A stretch of DNA of 63,263 bases, the filler included, from Chiloscyllium plagiosum (Eukaryota), in the NCBI RefSeq assembly GCF_004010195.1. It is 4 parts of one record of this genome, joined end to end, with 100 filler letters (N's around TTAATTAATTAA, not from the genome) between each part and the next. Parts side by side here need not be neighbours in the genome. Positions count along the whole stretch, not along the records: positions 39,483 to 59,125 come from NC_057716.1; positions 59,226 to 63,263 come from NC_057716.1; 2 more parts are not named here. The stretch is one strand, 5' to 3'. Each line of letters starts with the position of its first letter. Within the stretch, counting starts at the first letter, position 1. The position numbers and the translations under genes were made by a program. The notes beneath the pieces were generated by a model. That model did no database searches. It was not told the DNA's origin and saw only the letters and a list, made by a program, of their open reading frames with translations. This document shows, one piece after another, positions 48,050 to 60,398 of this stretch.

Positions 48050-48320
48050 TGTTGCAAAACAGTTTTTGGCCCATTGAGGAAAAGATTACTTAAGGACAAA
48101 GGTCTCAAACCGAGGCCAAGGTTATGATTTTCAGGGCAGTACGCTCCCTTCTACTTTTCAGACTTAGATAACCTGCACCAGTTACGCCAAACACTGGAAA
48201 AGGTCCACTGGAAGTGCAAGGTGCTCCATAACTGGTGGCAAGAACCAACAGCTGCACTTCATCCCAAACCGACACATTCAGCTCCAAGGTGCTCATCATT
48301 CAAAGACTGCTGCATAAGCA
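48050..48320 (+). mobile_element. Decayed RTE-clade LINE fragment
   Basis: Frameshifted LRKRLLKDKGLK.EAKVMIFRAV...TLEKVH...KVLHNWWQ resembles the RTE motif LRKRVF...LKxxTKLMVYRAVV...LEKYHQRCLRKIL.IxWQ. Confidence 0.55.
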
Positions 48321-48420
48321 AGTACAACAGAGAACATTACTTTATATCCCCTACTTTTGAATTTTATGCAATTCCCCCTGATGTGTGGTTTTAAATCCCC
48401 TAATATTTTATTTGACATAA

Positions 48421-48735
48421 CACGGTGGCACGGCGGCACTGTGGCACAGTGGTTAGCACTGCTGCCTCACAGTGCTGGAGACCCGGGTTCAATTCCCACC
48501 TTAGGCGACTGACTGTGTGGAATTTGCACGTTCTCCCTGTGTCTGTGTGGGTTTCCTCCGGGTGCTCCGGTTTCCTCCCACAATCCAAAGATGTGCAGGT
48601 CAGGTGAATTGGCCATACTAAAGGTAGGGGTATGGGTGGGTTGCCCTTCAGCGGTGTGGTGTGGACTTGTTGGGCCGAAGGGCCTGTTTCCACACTGTAA
48701 TATAATGTAATCTAATCTAATCTAATCTAATCTAA
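48421..48735 (+). mobile_element. tRNA-derived V-SINE (HE1-like) with internal deletion
   Basis: Highly similar to 5258-5571, with A/B boxes, V-domain and (TCTAA)n tail. A short duplicated head CACGGTGGCAC lies at 48421-48431. Confidence 0.92.
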
Positions 48736-48937
48736 ATGAAAATGAAAACATAAGGGTGTAGTAAATCTAAACACAAATGGACCTCGATAATTTGTGAGCT
48801 GAATCCTGCACTAACCGAAACAACAGTATATCCAAAACCAAAAGCTAAAACTTTCATCAGTGCATTTTCCCTGTTCATTATTCCATGGTAGTCCAGAGGA
48901 TGAATTGAGGGGATGCTGACTGAACCATTTAAATTCA

Positions 48938-49070
48938 TTTCTGATGATGGGTCATTGATCTGAAATGTTAACTTTGCTTTTTTTCTCTTCATAGATACTG
49001 CCAAATCTGCTGTTTTAAGCGTTTTGCTTCAATTTCAAATTTCCAGCATAGTTACAGTACTTTTCTTTAT
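48938..49070 (+). mobile_element. Old PLE-type terminal fragment with hammerhead-like core (further family)
   Basis: CTGATGA-T-GGGTC-ATT-GATCT-GAAA-TG-TTA, then CTCTTCATAGATACTGCC...ATTTCCAGCAT. Related copies at 40383-40510 and 55660-55865. Confidence 0.6.
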
Positions 49071-50857
49071 TTCTATGTGGTCACATGAAGGATTAGTATG
49101 AATCAGGTAACTGAAATAAAACCTTAGAACTTGTGCTGATTGTGAGGGAGGGCCCAATTGAACATTAACCTTCATCAGCTTGAAGTTGCCCAATCTGCAA
49201 TATTTCTCGAACATTTTCTAATATATGAAGTTAGTAAAACAGAAGAATTATTAAATTTTAAATAAACGAGCTCCAGCATCACAAAAATAGCAAAAAGAGC
49301 AAAGCCATTTGAACACTTTAGCATTCATCTGACATCTGTACTTGTAGTAATACCTGAGTCTGTTGAAATTGCCTATGAATGTTGGCTCACACTCTATTAT
49401 GGATTGCATAGGTTCTGTACCTGAATATCAAATGGCAAAAAAGGGATGTCCATCACTAGTATCTAAACTTACTGAAAACTGCTATCAAAGTTACAGAATA
49501 AAGTTGGGTATGATAACTACACATCCCAACTGACTGCTGTATAATCTATGATTGCATACTGTAATAAAATCTGGAATATAGGGATCTCAATACAATTACT
49601 GAAATCTGCCACCATGCCAATTGCTCTCTGTTTTGTTTTCAAAGTCCAATAATTGCAACTGAACCAAATTAAGGCAAGTAACAAATTTACAGCTAAACAA
49701 ACTATCTTCTTCCAAAAAGCTTCTGCAACTTGAATAAAAATCTGCAAGTATGACAACAGTTAGTCATGTCCGTAAAATTCTTTGAACAACCTGCTAATTA
49801 TACATAATCAGTTCAGGGATGGATACTAAATAAATGCACCTTTCAGAAATCAATTGAAAACAAGAACGCAACTCACAAAAGTTATGTCAGATTATTTCCA
49901 GGAGCTTGCAGTCCCACAGTACAAAGAAACTGATTGTTTAATACTGACATTGGAAAAAAAAATTGACCCCAAGATTGAACACAATTGATTCTCAATATTT
50001 CCTGCAGGCTACCTTTTGATTTTGCATGGCTACCTTTTCATAATGTGGCATTACATTTTCAGTCTTACCAAGTCCATTAGGTGAGACACAGTCATGTAGC
50101 AACATTATTTGCTATATTTGTGTTGTCATACGCAGTATTTGGACTCTGAGGCAGAATTGGAAGAAATCAGCAATATCTTCAATAATAACCACTCCTCCAT
50201 TAAACTTAACGTCACAAGACACATGGAAAGTTTTAAGTGTCTAGGCACCATCATATTTAAATTAGCGTAATACAACAGGCATAAGGTAGCAGCAAAAACA
50301 TTTTTCTAAAATAATTAACACAGTTCATAATGTGACACAGCACAAACTTCAAGAAATTCAATACTTCAGCAAGTTCCAACTTTTCCTTGCTCCCAGTTAG
50401 TTGAGTATTCCTTTTTTGACAGGTATAAAACCGTTCTGCCCCCATGGCAGCCTCTACCCATCTTCTCTGTGGTAGCCACTCACAGCTCACCCTTCCCACT
50501 TCAGAGCCATTTGCTTGGCCTTCTCACCTCCTTTATGGCCACTCACTTCTTTTCCATCCTCCCACTCCACCGAACAGATGGCTGCTACCCCTACTTTCAC
50601 CCAGTAGACTGTCACCTCACCCCCACAGCCAAATGGCCTTGCCTGGCAGGCCAGCTGCTCCACAGACCCCCCCCATGGCCTTGCCTGGAAGACTCTTTCT
50701 CACACCCCATACTCACATTCCACGTGGTCTTGTCCAGCAGAGTGTCTCCCCACTATCAATCTTGATGGGATCACCAGTGACTAGAGAGATTCCCATTAAA
50801 ACTTCAGTGTACGTTGGCAACTTTTTAAACTGGTCTCCCTCATGACTTATCCCAAAG

Positions 50858-51005
50858 ACAAAAGTCACATGACATCAGGTTATAGTCCAACAGATTTATT
50901 TGAAACCACAAGCTTTGAGAGCACTGCTCCTTCATCAGGGAAGAAACCTGTTGGACTATAACCTGGTGTTGTTCACCCCAGTCCAACACTGGCACCTTCA
51001 CATCA
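50858..51005 (+). mobile_element. Internally deleted copy of the 42503 fold-back family
   Basis: CAGGTTATAGTCCAACAG...CTGCTCCTTCATCAGG...AAACCTGTTGGACTATAACCTGG, then tail CACCCCAGTCCAACACTGGCACCTTCACATCAT. Confidence 0.8.
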
Positions 51006-51139
51006 TCACCTTCCAGATGATGAGGGGGGATTTGGGCATTTGGGTATGCATTCACATTGTGTATTTCAAATGCTGATGTATTTGCAATAATCTTCAGCTA
51101 GAAGTGCCAAGTGGATAATCCATCTCAACCACGCCCAAA

Positions 51140-52715
51140 GATCCCTGGTCAATTTGATTCACTCCATGTGATAGCAGGAAAAAGCTGGAGGCACTTAACT
51201 AGTGATGGAAGATATCATCAATTGTGCTGTCAAGCAGCATTTGCTCAACAATAACCTGCTCAGTGATGCCCAGTTTGTGTTCTGCCAGGGGCACTCAGCT
51301 CCTGACCTCATTACAGCCTTGGTTCAAACATGGATAAAATAACTGAATTCCAGAAGAGAGGGGAGCACAACAGACCTTGGCCACATTTGACCTGATATGT
51401 CATCAACGAGTCCTAACAAATGGGTATCAATGGGAATTGGGGGAAAACGCTCGACACTGATTGGTGTCATACCTGACAGATAGGAAGATGATTGTAGTTG
51501 TTGAAGGTCAGTCATCCCAGCTCCAGGACATCCCTGCAGGGTTTCCTCGAAGTAGTGCCCTAGGCCCAACCATCTTCAGCTGTTTCATCAGTAACCTTCC
51601 CTCCATCACAAGGTCAGAAATGTGGATGGCCACTGATGACTGCACAATAGTCAGCACCATTAGTGGCTCCTCAGATGCTAGAGCAATAATAGAGCAATTC
51701 AAGAAGCATATCCAAATGTAGCAAGTCCTGGATAATATCTAGGCTTGAGCTAAGAAGTGGCAAGTATCATTCATGCCACACAAATGCCAGACAATAACCA
51801 TCTCCAATAAGTGGCAATCTAACCATTATCCTTTGACAATCAATGGTGTTACCATCACTGAAGCCCTCACTATCAACATCCTGGCGGTTACAGAAAATGA
51901 AATTGATTAGCCATATAATGGTTTGGCGATAAGAAAATGTCAGAGGTTCCTGATACTGCTAAAACCTCTCCACAACCTACAAGGCACAAGTCTGTTGTGT
52001 GATGCAATACTGCCCTCTTGCCTGGATGGGTGCAGCTTCAACAATACTCAAGCAGCTTGACAACACCCAGGACAAAGCAACCCATTTGACTGGTACCACA
52101 TCCATTTCCTTCACCACCGATGTTGTGGCAGCATTAGAATAGAATATCTTTAATTTCATGTGCACTTAAATGAGTGCAGTGATAAGTTTGCAGTAGGGTA
52201 CCTAGTTACAGACACCTTAAGTATTTGTTATGGAATTGAAAGAGTAAAAGAAATAGCCTAGCATAGGAATACAAAGTTTTTAAAAAGTACTTGAATTACT
52301 CAAAGTCCAGAATAAGAATAAAAAAGTATCTTTAAAAAGTACTCAAGTTATAGTCCTTGTGTAGATTGTGTACAATCTACAAGATGCATTGCAGAAACTC
52401 ACCAAAAAATCTTGAGACAGCACCTTCCAAAACCACAACTGCTCCCAACTGAAAGCACAAGCACAGCAGATAGATGGGCACATTGCCATCTGCAAGTTCC
52501 CCTCTAAGCCACTCATCATTCTGACTTGGAAATGTATCACTGTTCCTTCAGTGTCACTGGGTTAAAATCCTGGAATTCCCTCCTTAATGGTATTGTAAAC
52601 AGACATGGACTGGAGCAATTCAAGGAAACAGCTCACCACCAACTTCTCAAGGGCAACTAGAGGCTCACAATAAGTGCTGGCCCAGCCAATGATGCCCACA
52701 TCTCATGAGTGAATC
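51140..52715 (+). mobile_element. CR1/L2-group LINE, RT to 3' end, decayed
   Basis: KQHLLNNNLLSDAQF.F.QGHSAPDLITALVQTW; SYLTDRKMIVVVEGQSS...GFPRSSALGPTIFSCFISNLPS...MATDDCT. 3' end GGGCAACTAG...AATAAGTGCTGGCCCAGCC. Confidence 0.88.
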
Positions 52716-53825
52716 AACAAAACTCTTTCAAAACCTGACTGAAGCACCGATTATAAGCTAAAGTCTTGGAGTTCGGCTTGTGCTGAAAACATTGGACTCA
52801 AATCTGAAACACTCCCCAAAGAGCTGTTGAGGCTATGTCAATTGAAATTTTATAAAATGAAATTGATGGAATTTTGATTAGTGATGATATTAAGATTAAT
52901 TCAGTTAGGATACAGAAATTTTTACTTCCAGGCATGCTCATGAGACTTTGCTTTCAGAGTCCACTGAGCATCCTGCAACTGATGTGCTCGTGGTGACCTG
53001 TATGTATTGTGCATTGGATCTGTTGTAGCCAATATGCATCAAGGGTTTGATATGCAGTGTACTTTGGGAGCTTTTAACCTGGTATGAATTAAGTGTCATG
53101 TAATTATTGTACATTTGGAATCAGGCACCTTGTTTTCTATGGATTCATTTCCTGCACTGGCTGAAGTTACCATGAAGGACTCTTCTTGTCAACCCCTCCC
53201 TTTGCTTGGGGCATGGCGACCCTCAGGTTAAACCACCAATCAGTTCTCTCTCTCTCTCATGAGAGAGCATCCCTACGATCTGGTAGGACCATGGTGACTT
53301 TACATCCAATGGGCATCAGTATCAATGACACCTGTAAGGTAACACACCTGAAATAAAGTCATTAATTTGGTTTGCATACCCACCTGTATGTCAACTCACC
53401 AAAATAAAATATCTGATTGGTACTTTTGAATATGTAAAAGCAATAAATACAAGCATGTGTGAGGAAAACAAAACACTCAATTCCCAGTTTTTGCCACTTG
53501 CATATTCACCAACGAATTATTTGATCAGAATTTGAAACCTCCTTCAGTACAATTTCAACGTTGATTTGATCATTCACTGTTAGCAATGTCCTTGAGAAGT
53601 TGCCTCTGATATTGGACTGTATTGCTTTCTGGGACCTGGACTAATTTCCTGCTGCAGAATTTCTGTATTTCAGGGATAAAATGCACCATGGACAGCTTTT
53701 ACCCTGCATCTGTAGAACTACAATAATTCGAGGACATTGCAATAATAACAATCCTTAATCCTTTCCCTCATTTCTCTGCAGAATGTTAACAGATATATTA
53801 TCTTTCTCGGCCTCTCATGACTGAC

Positions 53826-53958
53826 ATTTATAGTTCTGAGAAAAGTTCTTAAAGATGTCCCTAAATAATGTGCGTCCATGTGTATGTGTATGTGCATGCA
53901 TGTGCGAACTGATATCGCTTTCATTCTGTTCCTGTGAAACCACCGTATCAAAAATGTA
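53826..53958 (-). CDS. Candidate coding exon (YIFDTVVSQEQNESDISSHMHAHTHTHGRTLFRDIFKNFSQNYK)
   Basis: Very strong acceptor ccttctctgcatttatccctgttttcacag. Open in phase 0. The donor AAT|gtcagt is weaker. Confidence 0.4.
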
Positions 53959-55536
53959 CTGTGAAAACAGGGATAAATGCAGAGAAGGCAGGATCAAAAT
54001 CAAATGAAAACATTGTCATTTACTTTTCAACATGTTATGTTGTTTAACTAAAATACAACTGCTAATGAATTAAATAGACTTTGTTTGAGATATTGAGGGA
54101 TAGACAGGATGAGAAATTCAAGGTTTTCTAAATGCTGCAGGGAATTTTTAATAAACAGTTTGATACAGACTTCAGGTACTGTAGCCACAATTGCCCACTT
54201 ACTGGGTCTGAACTATACCAAGAGTCTTGCAGTGGTTAAAAACTATGAACACTGCTATATCAGTGACTACTCTAACAAACTTCTTAAATAATCGATATGT
54301 TAGGCTAAATAGGACAGAAATGTCCCCTACAATGGTGTAAAAACTGAAGTTTTTGGTCAGGAAAGGGGATTCAAATCTCACTGATGTATACTTTCAACAT
54401 AAGCGAATACTGCAAGTAGAATGTTGATGACAGAGCATAAATAAACAAATGGATACATAATGCAAATATCTAATTATTTAAGTCAAGAGTTTCAGTAAGA
54501 ATGTTAAGTTTTTTTGCAGGTTAATCAGCAGTAGATTTAATATGATCTGGAATTACTTTATTTCAATAGGAGTAAAATGTGTAATATTTAAAATTATGAG
54601 AGAATAATTTTGTCCAACCATTTTAAGAACATTTATGACAGGAATTAGTATTAATCAAAACTGGGACTTGATGCATTTTGGTCAGAACACAATCTTACAA
54701 CCAACAATAATCCCCAAATTGTTAGTGATAAGAGCTACTTGCTTACACTCAACTGAGCTGTTTGGCGTATGCTTCCTTGGCCATACATCAATGGCCAATT
54801 CTTAGAGCAAATTTAGCATTAAATGCTTCAGGTCAACCCTAGCCAACTTACTTCATCTCCTGACTAAAAGGAGAGAATAATGATCTTGAGGGATGCCATT
54901 AACATAACAAATTTTAAATTCCAGTTATCAGAATAAAGAGTTACCCTACAAGCTTCACATTTTGAACAAAACTTTTAATGTACTGGAACTAAACAAAGTC
55001 ATTATTACTGACAACACTATTTTGTAAATCATTACTGTTTTGGTTCAAAAATATCAATAACACCCTCCATGTTCTTCTGCTATTGCTACTCAAGAATTCC
55101 CTTACATTTTACAGGGTCATGACAGTTCTTTCGTTTCTGCTGAGTTAAAAACAATGTATACTGCAGTTCTCAGGAATTCACTATTATACTCATTAGTGTT
55201 CTTGCTATTGTCTGAGTTATGAGATTTCTTGACACCCTCCCATGAGCATTTGATCAGACGACCTTTGTTCACTCTTTTTAGTGCATCATGATTGTGGACA
55301 TCAGAGCTCAAACATGGGTTTCACTGCCTTCTTGTCTGCAGCGCCTGACAACATTCTCTTGCTACCTTTTTCCATGACATAAAATTGTTTGGCTATGAGA
55401 AACCATGCAAATAAACCCAAAACAAAAGCCTCTCTTCAATCCATCCCCATGTCCTAAATAGAAATTTCAATTAATTACTTTCCAGTCCCAAACCTGGCTT
55501 TGATCTGAAAAGCATATGGATACTTTCTTTACTTAC

Positions 55537-55564
55537 CACAGTCACATTATAATCCTCTTTCAAT
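55537..55564 (-). CDS. Candidate 28-nt exon (xLKEDYNVTV)
   Basis: Acceptor gttttcctag and donor GTG|gtaagt. The phase 2-to-0 reading joins in frame to the exon starting at 53958. Confidence 0.4.
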
Positions 55565-55659
55565 CTAGGAAAACTGCATGATTATCTTATGCCTCGAATG
55601 GGAATCTCACCAGACTTATTGGCTTCCTTTCAAAGCTAAGATAGGACCATCTATTTGCT

Positions 55660-55865
55660 ATAACAATAGAAATCACTGGAGAAAATTAGCAGGTCTGGCA
55701 CCTTCTGTGGGGAGGGAAACAAAGTTAGTATTTTGATTTTTCTGAAGAAGAATCAAAACGTTAACTGCTTCTTGCTTCACAGATGCTGCCACAAGGCTGT
55801 TGGGTTTATCCAACACTTTATGTTGTTCTTTCAGATTTCTAGCATCCAAAATATTTTGCTTTTAT
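55660..55865 (+). mobile_element. Old fold-back element of the 48938 family
   Basis: Imperfect inverted arms (TGGCACCTTCTGTGGGGAGGGAAACAAAGTTA / TAACTGCTTCTTGCTTCACAGATGCTGCCA) around CTGAAGAAGAATCAAAACGTTA. Confidence 0.6.
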
Positions 55866-57809
55866 CTGCCCTCTATAGGTAATTGTTTTCACACCTTTCA
55901 CTTTCACCCATTTATTTAAACATCATCCATCCTTTGAAAGTTAATTATTGTCAAGCTGCTTAGGGGTTTCTCAAATTCAGGTATTTTCCATCTATCTTAT
56001 TTAAAAAATCAATTAACGAAATATATGAATCATGAAATCCTTTTTCCACAACATCAACAGCTGTCTATAATTATGTATCACGATAAAGTGCATAAGTCTA
56101 GCATTGGTCATCTGAAAGCCTGCTGTCATATGGAATTAGCACTGCGCAAGCACAAAATCTGTCTCTATTGTTTTTTTCAATCCAGCCTTAAAAAGTTATT
56201 GATTTCTGTTGGGAAAGACTTCCACAGCATAGATCACCCATAGTATCTTGACAACATGATTGTTCATGTGGTTTCCATCTAGACTGCAAATATTGGCAAA
56301 TTATTTAAGCAAGGGAGATCATTGGCGAAGCTCATCATGATACTCGATGGTCTCACTTATGCTTCCACTTTGGTTTCTTGATGCTGCAAGCTGATCTGAT
56401 TTTCTACTCTTGAAGCTGGGGTTAAAAAAACTCTCTTCTCATTACCTTGTCTGAGAACACTGCTTTAAATGTCATGATAAAGAGGTTGCATACTCAGGGT
56501 GAGAATTTTCAAAATAATTTTCCCATTAAAATGAGACAATGTGCAAATTAATAAAAAGAACATTGGGTCTAAAACATAAAAAGACTTACGAGAAATCATC
56601 CAATAAAACCACTTATTCTCTTAACCAAGCATGACAATCATATTGATGACTGTCCCCCAACTCACCTATTGTCTCTTATGTCTTCTTAAACCCCATGAAA
56701 ATCAGCAGGAACCCTGTAACCCTCAATCACTTTCTTGGAACGCCCTAATGTAGGTATTGACTGACACCGAATTAACTACCTTTTGCAAGTAATTTCTTCC
56801 ACAGATGGAAAGAACAACTTTTAATTTGAATAACAGGCAGATTATAGCTATAGATCTGTCAAGCAGGCCTCTCTGAAAAAAATGCCTAAAAGAACATTTG
56901 AATCACAATGTTTACTCTGTACACCCTGGCTTCTGTTCAGGGGAGCTTTCTTCTTCCTGCTCTTTCTAACCGAGGTCAAAACAATTATACATGGAGCAAC
57001 AGGGAACAGAAAAAAACCCACTACTTTTCATTGCTTTACTTCAGACCTGAATCCAGACAGGAATGGAAACAGATGATAGAGTTTATAGCAACTGGCAAGC
57101 TGCCAGAAGTAGATCTGTATGATGAATGGATGAAAGTCATTCATTAGGAATGCTTTTACTAAATGGTTGCGCTGCAAGTCCTACATTTATGATGACTTGG
57201 CACTGGCTGGCATATGTTGTTTATTACACACAATAAAAGTCATGAATAGAAAAAAAAGACATCCACATAACAGGCAGGAATTAAGTAAGATTTGAGATTC
57301 CAACTGCAGCAATTCCAGTGATCAATACTATTTAAAAATATGGTTAATTGAGATTGAAGAATTGCCTATCTTCGAATCAACTGGAATTTTAAGTAAGTTG
57401 AATTTGTCAAATTTTTGAAACAAATGGAAGTATGAAACCGATCACTGAGAATAAAGAAGTGAATTTTCTGGTTTGTACTGTGCTGTCCACATCACAAAGT
57501 ACATACAATGCAACAATAAAGCAAGAGATTTGGTTCAAATGAAGCATTGAAGATGGTGTATAATATTTGATTAAAGGAATACTGTGTTCTGGGATGACAG
57601 ATCGTTCTATGGGCCAGGTGGAAGAGTGCTCAGAGAGGTCAAAGTATGGCTAAAGTGTGAAGTGGAGCATCACACCACTGCAGAAAGAAGTCTACTTCTA
57701 AACTTGGGACCGAGGAACATTGTTACGACAAAATTAGAGGACCTTTGTTCGGTTCTAATTAGCCACTGGGTGCCCAAAATTGCATTTATATCTCTTTCGT
57801 AAAAAAAAA

Positions 57810-58860
57810 ATCATATATGGATGTGGACAACAGTGGGTGGGCCAGCATTTACTGCTACTCCCCAGTTGCTCTGGAGAAGTGATGGTGAACTGACATTTTC
57901 AACTGCTGCAGTCCTTAGGGTGTAGGACCATTGATAGTACTGTTAGAAAGGCAGCTCCTGGATTTTGACCCAGTGACAATGAATGATCAATGATCTAATT
58001 CCAAGTCAGGACGCTATGTGGATTTGAGGGAAAATCTCAGATGCCAGCGTTCCCATGTACCTACTACACTTTTTTTAGTTAATGTAAGTTTTGGACTTGG
58101 AAGACGCTATCAAAGAGTCTTAGTGAGTTGCTGCAGTGCATCTTGGCACACTCTGGTGCCTCGGTTTGTTCAGTGGAGAAGATAGAGAGTGTAGGAGGCA
58201 GGGTACAGTATAAGGTACCAGTCAACTGGGCTGCTTTATCCTCGGTGATGTCAAGATTCTTAAGTACTGTTGGAACTACAACATCCAGAAGAATTATGAT
58301 ACACTCCTGATTTGTGCCTTGCAGATGGAGGAGATGCACTGGGAAGACAGGAGGTTAATTAGTCATGGTAGAATCCCTAGCTTTTGAATAGCTATCATAG
58401 TATTTATATGAGAAAGAAATAGGTACAGGATGAGGCCGATCAGCCCCTTGAGCCCGACTACTCCAGTTCATTTTCTGATCAATGGTGATCACCAGATGTC
58501 AACAATAGGGGATGCAGAAGTGGTAATGCAATTGAATGTTAAGAGGAAATAATTAGATTCTCCCTTACTGGAAATGGTCCTTATCTGGCACTTAATGTGG
58601 TTTTAATGTTATTTTTCACTTATCAAGCCAAGCCTGGACATTGTACAGGTCTTACAGAATATGGACACAGACCACTTAAGTAACTAAGGAGTTGTGAATG
58701 TTAGTAAACATTGCACAATGATCAGTGAACATCTCCATTTTGGAATTCATGATGGAAGGTAGGTATTTGGTGAAGCAGTTGAAGATGTCTACATCTAGGG
58801 CATTACCCTGAGGAGCTCCTGCAGCAACGTCTCAGGAATAAATGATTGACCACCAAGAAC
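57810..58860 (-). mobile_element. CR1/L2-group LINE 3' portion (family of 51140-52715), decayed
   Basis: Begins with the reverse tail GGGCCAGCATTTACTGC. ORF 58079-58339 contains LKNLDITEDKAAQLTG...KMHCSNSLRL. Confidence 0.8.
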
Positions 58861-58887
58861 TACACAATAGATTCTTGTACACAATAG

Positions 58888-59125
58888 ATTCATAGCCAAC
58901 TGCCGCCGCGACATTAACCGCCTCAACTTCTCCAACCCTCTCACCCACTCCAACCTCTCACCCTCGGAACGTGCAGCCCTCCACTCCCTCCATTCCAACC
59001 CCAACCTCACTATCAAACCGGCAGACAAGGGAGGCGCGGTAGTAGTTTGGCGCACCGACCTTTACACCGCTGAGGCTAAAAGCCAGCTCGCAGACACCTC
59101 CTCCTACTGCCCTCTTGACCATGAC
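58888..59125 (+). mobile_element. PLE pre-RT fragment ending at a scaffold join
   Basis: FIANCRRDINRLNFS.PLTHSNLSPSERAALHSLHSNPNLTIKPADKGGAVVVW. NL...IKPADKG is a hallmark of PLE RTs. Confidence 0.9.
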
Positions 59126-59225
59126 NNNNNNNNNNNNNNNNNNNNNNNNNNNNNNNNNNNNNNNNNNNNTTAATTAATTAANNNNNNNNNNNNNNNNNNN
59201 NNNNNNNNNNNNNNNNNNNNNNNNN
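59126..59225. other. Assembly join with TTAATTAATTAA linker
   Basis: 44 N + linker (59170-59181) + 44 N. Confidence 0.95.
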
Positions 59226-59640
59226 CCAAGCTTCCACATCTTTCCTAAAGTGAGGCGACCAGCACTGCACACAGTACTCCAAATGTGGCCTTACCAAAGT
59301 CCTGTACAGCTGTAACATCACTTTACGACTCTTGAATTGAATCCCTCTGCTAATGAACGCTAATACACCATAGGACTTCTTTCAAGCTCTATCCACCTGA
59401 GTGGCAACTTTCAAAGATCTATGTACATAGTCCCCAAGATCCCTCTGCTCCTCCACCTTACTAAGAACCCTACCGTTAACCCTGTATTCCGCATTCTTAT
59501 TTGTCCTTCCAAAATGGACAACCTCACACTTGACAGGGTTGAACTCCATCTGCCACTCCTCAGCCCAGCTCTGCATCATATCCAGGTCCCTTTGCAGCCG
59601 ACAACAGCCCTCCTCACTATCCACAACCCCACCAATCTTT
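59226..59640 (-). mobile_element. CR1 LINE RT fragment
   Basis: [21 protein letters not shown]...WAEEWQMEFNPVKCEVVHFG...EQRDLG. Confidence 0.93.
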
Positions 59641-59922
59641 GTAAAAAAAGAACTGGAGGAGGATTGTGCATTCATTTGAAAGATTCAGTGATGTTAAATA
59701 TAAAGATGGTTAATTTGCAATGGACAGTGTGTGGTATCTGAAGTAAGACAATAGGAAGTGTGCCAGTATCTATTAGTTTTGCAGCATATTACACAGATTT
59801 TGCTTCAAATAGTGAAGATGAGTCATGGGACTAACTACCAAAGATAAAAGCCAGAAAGACAACCATTTCCATAGATTAAAAACTTAACTCAGCAAAAGAT
59901 TTGTGTTAACAAACTCAACTCA

Positions 59923-59923
59923 A

Positions 59924-59955
<32 letters not shown>
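59923..59955. repeat. (CT)n microsatellite
   Basis: TCTCTCTCTCTCTTTCTCTCTCTCTCTCTCT. Confidence 0.85.
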
Positions 59956-60398
59956 CCCATTTAGCTGAAGCTAGACCAAGTAAAAAGCAACATGAATTAG
60001 CATTCAGCTGCTGCTCCTGCTAACTCACTGGTATTTCAACAGTCTTTGTCACAGACGGTCTGTCAAGCACGACATGCTGGTGAATATCGGAGAGTGCTGG
60101 TTCATGAAATTCATTATGGAAGTGACAAATTAGAAAGGTTACAGACGTTCTAAAAATGACCTCAACTCCGCATTGGTGAGTCAGACAATCATAGTCTGTT
60201 GTCATCTCTTGTCAAAGCCGTAGGGTTTTGAAGTTCCTGATGAAAGATACATCATTTTCATGGCACCACAAGAACACCTCGTTAGGAATAAATGGAAAAT
60301 CACAGGAGAGAAACAACACAGAGAGCCAGGACAAAAGAAGCAGCTAAACGGCCAAATACACAGCCGGTTACATATCAACATACAACATGGAGCAGGAG

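Noticed and set aside
50069..50145. Minus-strand segment with strong acceptor and TTG|gtaaga donor
   Set aside because: All three frames are closed. This shows strong pseudo-exons arise here by chance, which is why the exon confidences are kept low.
53145..53305. Possible short interspersed repeat fragment
   Set aside because: It looks like a shark SINE body from memory, but it is single-copy in this window with no diagnostic boxes or TSD.
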